A DNA stretch of 64,000 nt from the IMG/VR virus record IMGVR_UViG_3300045988_071280; one strand, 5' to 3'. Numbering within the stretch: the first letter of the stretch is position 1; each line of letters begins with the position of its first letter. Under the pieces are notes generated by a model. That model worked only from the letters and a program-made list of their open reading frames with translations, was not told the origin of the DNA and searched no databases. Origin of the DNA: a virus. A program made the position numbers and the translations under genes. This document shows, one piece after another, positions 52,396-61,465 of the stretch.

Positions 52396-55300
52396 TTATA
52401 TCAATTTCTGTATTAATGAGGTCAAATCGTTTAATCTAGTATTTAAAGAATCAATTTCTTCTTTAAATCTCTTCTTTTCCTCTTCTCTTAATCTATGTTC
52501 TTCTTTTAAGGCCTTTTGTAATACTACTGTATAACGTTCGTAAGAGAAGGTTTTTGTTCCATCTTCCATCTCATGTACTAATGTTGGGATTTTATCTTCC
52601 CAATATTGTGCTGAGGTACCGATAGAAGTAGTTTTTTCATCTTTCCAGTTATATGTAAATTCTGGAGCATTGAGGACTTTATTTAAAGTATCATCTGGTA
52701 GAGATTTAAGATTAGATTTAAATCTTATATCTGATGTAGACTGTAACCCTGCTCCGGCTGAACATACTACGTGTTTACTGAAAGTAATTTCAGACTGGGA
52801 GTTAATTTTTGACATAATAGTAGCAGCTGTCTCAGCACTTGGAATAGAAGGCTTACCTGAGATTTCCGACCATGAATATGATGGTTTTGTAGAGGCTTTT
52901 GCCCACGCATACACATCAGATGCTGGCATAGATGAGGGGAAATCAGTAATCTGAGATTTAGTATGTGTGTGAGATGATGGAGTGAATGTTGAAGGCTTAC
53001 CACCGATAGCATCCCAAGTTAATTCGTCAGCAAATGCAACACGTTTCCAAGAGTTCCAGGTAGAAAGTATACCAGTTCTAAAATAAAGGCCCTTTGTAGG
53101 TACACCCCCATTCCCATTATATCCTACAAGTTCCCAGGAAGAATAGTTCGAACTCCATCCATGTACATGAATACCTCCCCAATAATCAGAGGTAGGCATT
53201 ATGTTATTAGTAAATATAGCTTTCAATATATTACTCCCTACATTATTCGGGTACAGTGCAGTATTTCTGGTATCCTCTATTAGTAATGAGGAATGAGTAT
53301 GAAAACTAGTAGCTGCCCCAATAGCAGCAGGAGTGATATTCACAGTTTTAGCTGCATTAGGAGCATAGGTAGTATTAGTAGATCCGTTGAATTGGATAGT
53401 CAATGATGCTATATTATATGTATCTAAAATAGTATAGTCTGTACCACTCCTTCTATGGATCAGATTATTAGCCCCTGACTCCAATCTAGTAAATCCTTGA
53501 GCAGTTCCAATAATTACATTTCTAGATCCATATGCATTTAAATACATATCTTCTGAATTACTAGCACTAGCTCCTATATATCCACATCTTACATCTCCTT
53601 TATAAAAGTCCATGTAAGCTTCTTTATTAGATGAGGTATTCTTTAAAGATAATACAGGACCAGGTGTTGTTCTGGTAAGAGTCCCTCCTGATAATGGAAG
53701 ATATTTATCTAAATCAGATTTATAAGGTATTTCACCAATTAAAGTTCCTGAATTAGTTCTAATTTCTGGTCCATTTTTTAAACAAAATACTTTATCGTTT
53801 ACTCCATCTGATAAAAAAGTACCAAGTGAGCCTGATTCAAATCCAACACCACCCTTAATACTGTTACCAATAGAAAAAATAAGATCGACCGCAGGTGCAG
53901 AACTTGGTGAATTAATTCTTAATACAATTCTATCACTACCACTTAGTACCCCTCCACTTAAAGGTAAAAAATCAGATGTAGAAGGAATTTGAGATACTTT
54001 AGCTAATTCCTCGTCATTAATAAAAACATGACCTCCAGGGGAAATTTTTAACATACTGGTAGCTGATGTATTATTAGGATTACTAAGAGATAGTATTCCG
54101 TTATCTCCTGATACTGTAGTTTCAAGAGTATAATTATTTCTATATATCCTTATATAATTATAGACATCCTGAGAAGAGCTTCCTATATTCAAACTTCCTG
54201 TTAATGTGCCTCCACTCAAAGGTAAATAATTACTTAAATGGGTTGTAGTAGCTAACTCTTTCCAAGATGTATGTGCTGTAGGATCTTCCAAAGAATTAGA
54301 TCCTCCTCTCACAAACCACCTATTAGTACTATATGTACCATAAATTTGACTAGATCCATGATATGCTCCCGGAATAACAACGAGAGATCCTGCCTCTTGT
54401 ATAGGATATCCTCTATCAGTAGTAGCATCACCACTTTTTATTTGAGCTGCCATCATCGGAAGATGGTTAAATGAACTATTTATGCTTATAGTATCAAGAT
54501 TCCTGGAAAAATTATATCCGTCAAATACTGTATATAACGTACCTCCCCTATCATGTACTAAATTAAACAGTCCTGATCTTATTCTAGTAGTTCCGTGTTC
54601 AGCTCCTATATGAGTGTATTGTGAATCCTCAGTACCTCCGTTACTGAATACAAGAAGAGAGTAATTAGTAGCTCTGTCAAGAATTCTGGCTATACTCAGG
54701 TCATTATAAATATCTACAGGAATATTATTAAATTTAGAACCTCCAATAATCAAATGGGCATTAGTAGTTACGTATATTCCTTCAACAGCACCAGATGTCG
54801 TATTAAACAGTATTCCTTGGTTATTAGCTAATATAGGTCTCCCATCTTCTCCTATAGTCATATAACCTCTACCACTATAAGGATAGTATACAGTACTCAG
54901 CTTATTTATATCTGATTTAAATGCAACTTGTTCAAACCAGTTTATTTTTCCATTATTTCCTCCACCTATAATTACACTACGATTATTACTAACAGGACTT
55001 ATACTAATATACGCATGAGTATCTCCTGCTGCAAATCCTATAGAAGAAGAAGTAGCGGGACCTAAACCACTATCTCCACTATTAGATCTAAATGGGACTA
55101 TCCATGAAGTAGAATCATTTACTCCCCATATAGATTCTCTGAAATTATTTAAAAATAAAGTTCCAAAACTATCAGAAAGAGTATATTTTATTCTAGTAGC
55201 TTTAGGAGTCCCTATAATATTCCCCTCTAAAGTGTAATTTAATAAAAGTTCTTCTACATTTAAGTTACTAGTATCATAGACTATGTACTCAGCACCATTC

Positions 55301-58300
55301 TTATAATGTTTTATATCATTGTCTCCTATAGTATGAATCGTAGTCTGTGAATTCTGATCATTTCCAGAAGTAATTATTCCCGATTTAATATTTCCATTAG
55401 CATCAGTATACCCTAATCTAGTAACATAATTATTCCCGGAATTATCTATATTTAATAACGCAGTATTACCTAAATCACCTCCTATTAAAGTTTCATAATC
55501 CCCGAAGCTTCCTAGATATAAAGAAGTACCATTAGTACTATCTCCCATAAATAAAGCCCATGCATTTTCTCCAGTATCAGTCTTATTTACTAACGCAGAA
55601 ATTGGAGAAAAATATAAAGGACCAGTTAAAGCATTTATAGATCCAGCACTTAGAGGTAAATAATGACCAACTAAAGACTCTACGGTAGCAAAGGGTTTTC
55701 CATCTTCATCACAGAAATTTCCCCACATTGGAAAATCAACATGTAGTGGAGTATATGTTGAATTAAGATTATATATAACACTTCCGTTAGATTCTACAGT
55801 CTCACTAAGTTCTAATGTATTCTGTGGAACTCCAGATACATCACTACTTGAAGTGATAATAAATCCTCCTTTTGTATAAACTAATGTCACTTTCTTATTA
55901 GGATCGTCTGGATTAACGGCTACAAGACTATCGTATCCATCTATAGAAGTAATAGTATTAGTATTACTATCCCAAGTTAAATAGTTCTTATTTAATTTAG
56001 AATAATCCGCAAATAGTATTTGAGAACGATCTGAGGTTCTAAATCCTGTAGGAATTATTATATTAGAGCTAAATGCTAATTCCGGAGATGATGTATTAAT
56101 TATAGCACGTTCAGGAGATGGGATAAGTGTTATAGTATCATCATCCATAGTAAATACAAAACCGACACCTTGATTGGAAATTCTAACCCCTTCCCTTTGG
56201 AATCCTATATAATACTGTGAGTTACCTATAATAATAGGATTGCCAAAGGTAAAAGCTTTGTGAGTATCAGTATATATAAGTAATTCAGAATTTTCATCAG
56301 GTGTCAGATTATCAGAAGATATAATAAAGCTAAAGTATGTCTGTATATCTTGCTCAGTTGTATAATTTTTTATTCCGACAATACCTAAATCACCACCACT
56401 GTTTATTATTCTAATAAAATTAGTGTCGCCTTCTAACTCAGCAAAATTTAAACTACCCCTATCAGCATAAATCATATTAGAAGAATAAATCAATTTCTTA
56501 TCAGGATTATACTGCAAGAATTTCCTATCTTCTATATTTGTATCTAAATAAGCTGATTCATATCCATCATCTCTTTTAAAAGCTGGAGCCCAAATCTCTT
56601 TATCAAATACATATTTAGTAGCAGAAGGGCTTGATTTAAATAAAATATCATCTAAAACCCTCAAACTTAAATATTTATCATTAGTATCTCCATATTGTAG
56701 ATATAAATCATTATCAACTCTTTTAAATATAAGATCGGTATCTTTCTCAGATAAATTCTGTAATGCAAATCTTAATGCTAATTGAATTGGAACCGTGCTC
56801 GTAGTTTGTGCTCTTTTAAATGTAGAATTCCAGGTTAAGAAAGCACCATCTACCATATCAGGTTCATTGTCCCGAAGCATTAAAGGGAATTGATTTCCCT
56901 CAGTTCCGCATTTAAACCTATCATCGGATTCATCAAAAATAATAAAATAATTTGGAAGTTTTCCTCTATCAATCTCCAATCCAGAGATTCCTTTAGTAAC
57001 GCCTTCACCTTGTTCCCCACTATTTAAAGTAAGGATGTTATCAGTTACTTTTACTTCTTCCGTATCTATAATAAAAGCATCTCCACCAAATACTATATCT
57101 TCTTTAATAGTTAAATTCCTAACTATTAAATCCCCATATTCTGTATCATCCTCATTTCTAACACTAAATCCTTCTTTTTCATTCTTTAATATCTGATCTC
57201 CTATTTTCCATGTTTTGGAAGGAGTACCTTCGTATGTAAGAGGATTACCATTAATATCTTTTAACCCTTGTATTATATTGAAATCAGTTGAGGTAATAGA
57301 TCCTGCAATAGTTGATGTAGCCATTGGGAGAGAATAATACTTATCCTCGTAACTATTTAAAAAAGGATTATATGATTGGTAATGTATAATTGCTTGTGTT
57401 GCGGATGTAGTTTCAGTATCAGTTAATTCTGTTAAATATTTAACTATATTATCTAATTTCCCTTTATCGGATGATGACATTACTCCAGCCTTTTCTGGAG
57501 TTGCGGATTTAAATACTATCTGTACCAGTTCTTCTGTTCCTGTTTGAGGATTATTGGATGTTAGATTTAATACAACAGAATTAGAATTATATGTATTATC
57601 AGATATAGCTTGAATAATAGAAGAGATATTTCCTAATTTATTCTTCTCCATTGCTGTAATTAATCCAGCAGTTGATGAAGTGGCAGCATCTAATACTAAA
57701 TATTTAGATGTTAATTGTTTAGATATAGGATCGTATATAGGAAATATTATCTGTAATTCTTGTCCTGTATATTCTTTAGTAGTATCTCCAGTATAATAAC
57801 TTTTTAAAGAGTCTATGTAATCCTTATACTTAGGAGACATTAGTCCTGATATAGCCGAAGAAGTATCTGGAAAACTAAGTATCTTAGAACTAGATTGTCC
57901 AATTGTAGGATCTTTAGTAGTTACTTTAATAGAAGCTCTATTGTTACTATCTAAATATTCTACATCCTCAACATAATTATAAATCTGATTTATTTTAAAT
58001 ATTTGAGATGTATCTAATAAATCCTTTCCAGGAGCTACATCTACTTTTGATTCTAATAACTTCTGTACTTCTTCTTTTGTATATATCTCATTATTAACAG
58101 TATTTAATAATCTAGAGAGATTTAAACAAGCCTCTTTAGACATTAAACCATTCTGATTTATATTCGCTTCTCGAATTGGTAAAGATTCAGTTCCATCACT
58201 ACTAACTATATCTAATACTAAAGTATCAGCTCCGGAAAAAGATATCTCTTTTACATATTTAGTAATTGAATCTAATTTAGTCTTATCTTCTTTACTAAAT

Positions 58301-58830
58301 AATCCAGGAGTAGTTTGTGTAGCAACTGGAAGTGTAACACCATCTCCGGAAGAATTTAATATCTGAATATTATCAGAATTTATTCTCATACTTAAATGGA
58401 TAGTAGAAATATCTACCAAAGCTCCATCATTATATCTATATTCTGTAGAGTCTTTTTTATTAAAAAACTCATATCCATCTTTTAATTGTACTCTATCCCA
58501 ATATTTAAGAGTATCCCTCCAAGTACAGTGATAATATTTATCCTCTACTCTTAGTATATAAGATATCCCATTCTTCGCGTTACCTGGGATATTATCTACT
58601 ATATCCTCTACTGGACTTAAATGAGTAGGTTCTGTTACATCATTTAATTGAAGAATGTCTGTAGATATAATAACATCCGGAGATTGTTTAATAACAAGTT
58701 TTTTGGTAATAGGATTAAATTCTATTTCCTTAATTCTAAAATCCTCTACCCTTTTATCAAAACAAGATTCAGGCGTTATATTATATACTTTACTTTCACA
58801 TCCACTGGAATTTTGTGCTTTGGTAATCAT
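52396..58830 (-). CDS. long tail fibre (2144 aa) with C-terminal S74-type intramolecular chaperone domain
   Basis: Six copies of A.....G[LVS][FMI][ST]..[DE]K.KL[DG] near the N-terminus. Four [YF]LPLS[GA]G motifs. The C-terminus SDIRFKSNL...FTYNWKDEKTTSIGTSAQYW...FSYERYTVVLQKALKE is paralogous to that of the 791-aa fibre. Confidence 0.8.
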   Translation of the reverse strand: MITKAQNSSGCESKVYNITPESCFDKRVEDFRIKEIEFNPITKKLVIKQSPDVIISTDILQLNDVTEPTHLSPVEDIVDNIPGNAKNGISYILRVEDKYYHCTWRDTLKYWDRVQLKDGYEFFNKKDSTEYRYNDGALVDISTIHLSMRINSDNIQILNSSGDGVTLPVATQTTPGLFSKEDKTKLDSITKYVKEISFSGADTLVLDIVSSDGTESLPIREANINQNGLMSKEACLNLSRLLNTVNNEIYTKEEVQKLLESKVDVAPGKDLLDTSQIFKINQIYNYVEDVEYLDSNNRASIKVTTKDPTIGQSSSKILSFPDTSSAISGLMSPKYKDYIDSLKSYYTGDTTKEYTGQELQIIFPIYDPISKQLTSKYLVLDAATSSTAGLITAMEKNKLGNISSIIQAISDNTYNSNSVVLNLTSNNPQTGTEELVQIVFKSATPEKAGVMSSSDKGKLDNIVKYLTELTDTETTSATQAIIHYQSYNPFLNSYEDKYYSLPMATSTIAGSITSTDFNIIQGLKDINGNPLTYEGTPSKTWKIGDQILKNEKEGFSVRNEDDTEYGDLIVRNLTIKEDIVFGGDAFIIDTEEVKVTDNILTLNSGEQGEGVTKGISGLEIDRGKLPNYFIIFDESDDRFKCGTEGNQFPLMLRDNEPDMVDGAFLTWNSTFKRAQTTSTVPIQLALRFALQNLSEKDTDLIFKRVDNDLYLQYGDTNDKYLSLRVLDDILFKSSPSATKYVFDKEIWAPAFKRDDGYESAYLDTNIEDRKFLQYNPDKKLIYSSNMIYADRGSLNFAELEGDTNFIRIINSGGDLGIVGIKNYTTEQDIQTYFSFIISSDNLTPDENSELLIYTDTHKAFTFGNPIIIGNSQYYIGFQREGVRISNQGVGFVFTMDDDTITLIPSPERAIINTSSPELAFSSNIIIPTGFRTSDRSQILFADYSKLNKNYLTWDSNTNTITSIDGYDSLVAVNPDDPNKKVTLVYTKGGFIITSSSDVSGVPQNTLELSETVESNGSVIYNLNSTYTPLHVDFPMWGNFCDEDGKPFATVESLVGHYLPLSAGSINALTGPLYFSPISALVNKTDTGENAWALFMGDSTNGTSLYLGSFGDYETLIGGDLGNTALLNIDNSGNNYVTRLGYTDANGNIKSGIITSGNDQNSQTTIHTIGDNDIKHYKNGAEYIVYDTSNLNVEELLLNYTLEGNIIGTPKATRIKYTLSDSFGTLFLNNFRESIWGVNDSTSWIVPFRSNSGDSGLGPATSSSIGFAAGDTHAYISISPVSNNRSVIIGGGNNGKINWFEQVAFKSDINKLSTVYYPYSGRGYMTIGEDGRPILANNQGILFNTTSGAVEGIYVTTNAHLIIGGSKFNNIPVDIYNDLSIARILDRATNYSLLVFSNGGTEDSQYTHIGAEHGTTRIRSGLFNLVHDRGGTLYTVFDGYNFSRNLDTISINSSFNHLPMMAAQIKSGDATTDRGYPIQEAGSLVVIPGAYHGSSQIYGTYSTNRWFVRGGSNSLEDPTAHTSWKELATTTHLSNYLPLSGGTLTGSLNIGSSSQDVYNYIRIYRNNYTLETTVSGDNGILSLSNPNNTSATSMLKISPGGHVFINDEELAKVSQIPSTSDFLPLSGGVLSGSDRIVLRINSPSSAPAVDLIFSIGNSIKGGVGFESGSLGTFLSDGVNDKVFCLKNGPEIRTNSGTLIGEIPYKSDLDKYLPLSGGTLTRTTPGPVLSLKNTSSNKEAYMDFYKGDVRCGYIGASASNSEDMYLNAYGSRNVIIGTAQGFTRLESGANNLIHRRSGTDYTILDTYNIASLTIQFNGSTNTTYAPNAAKTVNITPAAIGAATSFHTHSSLLIEDTRNTALYPNNVGSNILKAIFTNNIMPTSDYWGGIHVHGWSSNYSSWELVGYNGNGGVPTKGLYFRTGILSTWNSWKRVAFADELTWDAIGGKPSTFTPSSHTHTKSQITDFPSSMPASDVYAWAKASTKPSYSWSEISGKPSIPSAETAATIMSKINSQSEITFSKHVVCSAGAGLQSTSDIRFKSNLKSLPDDTLNKVLNAPEFTYNWKDEKTTSIGTSAQYWEDKIPTLVHEMEDGTKTFSYERYTVVLQKALKEEHRLREEEKKRFKEEIDSLNTRLNDLTSLIQKLI

Positions 58831-59017
58831 TATTTAAAAAATATTCAATGATAGAATTAAATAGTGAATCTTTTACGCAATCTATTTCATTATATTTAAG
58901 GAATAAAACTTCTTCAACTATAAAACTTTCATCTATATAATTACCATACTGATATTCTTCTATTAAGGAGTGATAGTCCTTAATTGCTTTTTCTAGTAAT
59001 TGGTCTATTTTATTCAT
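58796..59017 (-). CDS. hypothetical protein, 73 aa
   Basis: ORF overlapping the fibre start by 35 nt. No motif recognised. Confidence 0.45.
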   Translation of the reverse strand: MNKIDQLLEKAIKDYHSLIEEYQYGNYIDESFIVEEVLFLKYNEIDCVKDSLFNSIIEYFLNNDYQSTKFQWM

Positions 59018-59058
59018 ATATTATATATTAAATTTATTATTCTATTTAATTCTAAATT

Positions 59059-59637
59059 TTATTTCCACTCTTCTGGAATATCTAATATACCAGAACAATC
59101 TTTAAAACAATCAGTAAAAAATTTAGCATCTGGACAGTATGTAAATAAATCCTCTGGTATAAAAGATAGTTTCCTACATCGTTCAAAACAACTCTCAAAA
59201 CTAGTAGCTTTTGTACAATTATATAAAAGTCTATTAGGAATAAAATTTAGAGAATGGCATCCAAAGAAGCAATAAGAAAAGATTCTAACATTATAACAAT
59301 TTCTAAATAAATCTTCTGGTATAGATTGTAGATTTTCACATTCGTAAAAGCAATATTCAAAAGAATTTAATTCGTTATTAATCTTTACTGCTATTTTATG
59401 TTCCCCTACATCTTTAAAAGTAGTATATACTTTCTCTGTTTGATTATGTAACAAATCTTTTCCTTTAGAATCTGTTATATATTTAAAATACCAACCTCTA
59501 CTAGTCAATAATACTTTCTGATTTGGACGTTCTGTTATATAAATTAAAATAGTAGCATCTTCCGGAATAGAAGTATAAGAATCTTCGCATTTACAACTTT
59601 GTGATCCTAATATAGTAACTACCTCTGATTTCTTCAT
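59059..59637 (-). CDS. BspA-type leucine-rich-repeat-like protein, 192 aa
   Basis: The C-terminal half has about four 24-aa repeats of the form F..CF..C..L..IPE.LF..C. Confidence 0.45.
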   Translation of the reverse strand: MKKSEVVTILGSQSCKCEDSYTSIPEDATILIYITERPNQKVLLTSRGWYFKYITDSKGKDLLHNQTEKVYTTFKDVGEHKIAVKINNELNSFEYCFYECENLQSIPEDLFRNCYNVRIFSYCFFGCHSLNFIPNRLLYNCTKATSFESCFERCRKLSFIPEDLFTYCPDAKFFTDCFKDCSGILDIPEEWK

Positions 59638-60437
59638 TACTTTCTACAATTACAAGAACTAAATCCAGTAGAGTATTTAAGGTAATCATTATTACAAAAT
59701 CCTCCACAAACCTGAATCTCTTCTATAATTCTCTCGGCTTCATAATAACTACATTTATCTATTAATCTATGGATTAATTCTAAAGCTATAAATACCATAT
59801 TCCTATCTCTAAATACTTGAGAAATATTATTATCATTTTTTATATTACATCTAGTATATAATTTATTATAATAGATATATTTTAATTTATTCTCGTAACA
59901 ATATTCTAAATTCCCTAAAAGAAATGTCTCTTCCTCAATCCCTATTATATTAGAATTAGACTGATTATTATATAAATCCATTATAGATATCTTCTTTTCA
60001 GTATAACTTCCGGATATAATAGTTATTTCATAAATCTCTACTTCTCCATTTGAAAGTTCTTTCGCGGAATAGAATATTTCTCCTTCCATATTTAAACTAG
60101 ATGGAGATACTCCATGAACCCATTCGTAATTAGGTAACGCTAAATGATCTATTATATGCCATCCGTCTATTTTAGTAGAATAGTTTAATTTATAATCAGT
60201 ATATTCCTGATCTGAATGACATACATAATAAAAATCTGATACTTTAGGATCATCTATAGTATTTAGAGTAATTAAATCAATAAATACAATATCTTTTGTT
60301 CTTAAATAATTAGCGGATATCTGAGATACTTCTGGATAGATACTACTAGTACTTATACCAGTAGTATCCTTTAATGTAAATCCAGATATTCCGTATTCAG
60401 TTAATGAAATACTTAAATTTAATGAAATATTTTTCAT
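59637..60437 (-). CDS. hypothetical protein, 266 aa, Cys-rich C-terminus
   Basis: ORF overlapping the portal stop by 4 nt and the next ATG by 1 nt (TAATG). Confidence 0.65.
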   Translation of the reverse strand: MKNISLNLSISLTEYGISGFTLKDTTGISTSSIYPEVSQISANYLRTKDIVFIDLITLNTIDDPKVSDFYYVCHSDQEYTDYKLNYSTKIDGWHIIDHLALPNYEWVHGVSPSSLNMEGEIFYSAKELSNGEVEIYEITIISGSYTEKKISIMDLYNNQSNSNIIGIEEETFLLGNLEYCYENKLKYIYYNKLYTRCNIKNDNNISQVFRDRNMVFIALELIHRLIDKCSYYEAERIIEEIQVCGGFCNNDYLKYSTGFSSCNCRK

Positions 60438-61465
60438 TTTCCAAAATTTACTTCGTTATTTCTAGGATTATTATCAAATAATTGTGCCCATTCAATATTA
60501 GCTTTCTTTTCTTCGATCTTATTCCTCTCTTTATCATTCTCATCTTTAGATTTAGCAGTAAACCATTTAATAGAGGAATCTTGTTCTTTTTGTTTTAGAT
60601 TTTCTACTTCTTTAATAGATTTTTGCAATTCCTCTTGAAGTTGCTGTATCTGTTGTTGAGCTTCTTTAAGAGCTTGATCATATTGCTGTATTTGTTGTTG
60701 AGCTTGTTGTATTTGATTATTCTCCTCTTTTTGACGTTTAATTGCATCTAATGTTATTTGTTTATATTCTGTGATACTCTTACATCCAATAGCTTGTACT
60801 AATACATCAGCTGTTAATTGTCCTGATTTAATTAACTCAAGATTATATGCTTTTATAGTTTCTAAGTCTTGTAGAGCGGATTGAGTATCAGCAATATTTA
60901 TATCAAAGTCTGTTACTGTATAATGTTCTGGAAGTGCTGTGAAAATAGCTTTTTGTTTCTCTCCAAGAATTATAGTTCCTTGAAATCCATCTTTATATAC
61001 TACTTTAGCTATATTTAAACTATCTAAGAATAATTCTCTTAAAGCTAATGCCATGTTAGAGAAGTATATTTTTGTGACAATTAGTGATTGATTAATTCCG
61101 GTTCTAACATTAGTAACAGCATCTCTGGTTTCAACTCCTCCAATAGCTTCTCTAAATGCTCCTGTTATATTAGATGCAAGTTGCTCTATTTTTTCTATAG
61201 CTAGATCTAGAGCTTGCATGGATTGGTAGGATAAACTCATATCATATGTATTAAATACAGCATTTGGCATAGATTGTCCAGCCTCACTTTGGGAAGTATC
61301 TAATGCTGCGAATCCTTGTTTTACATACGCCATGAATTTAAGTAATCTGTTTGTTTCATCTTCCTCGTCTAAGAATGTGGGGATTTTAGAGAAATCTACT
61401 GCAATACCTTTTGTTCCACTTACTGCAATGGCATTATTTCGAAGGAAAAATAGTATATTATACAT
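60434..61465 (-). CDS. portal gene exon 2
   Basis: An in-frame TAA at 61469-61471 forces the 3' splice site to lie after G61466 (or G61463). The exon then begins (M)YNILFFLRNNAIAVSG. Confidence 0.65.
   Translation of the reverse strand: MYNILFFLRNNAIAVSGTKGIAVDFSKIPTFLDEEDETNRLLKFMAYVKQGFAALDTSQSEAGQSMPNAVFNTYDMSLSYQSMQALDLAIEKIEQLASNITGAFREAIGGVETRDAVTNVRTGINQSLIVTKIYFSNMALALRELFLDSLNIAKVVYKDGFQGTIILGEKQKAIFTALPEHYTVTDFDINIADTQSALQDLETIKAYNLELIKSGQLTADVLVQAIGCKSITEYKQITLDAIKRQKEENNQIQQAQQQIQQYDQALKEAQQQIQQLQEELQKSIKEVENLKQKEQDSSIKWFTAKSKDENDKERNKIEEKKANIEWAQLFDNNPRNNEVNFGK

Noticed and set aside
52767-53012. Minus-strand 81-aa ORF in an alternative frame inside the 2144-aa fibre gene.
   Set aside because: It is fully nested in a different frame of a well-supported long ORF, and I saw no independent signals.
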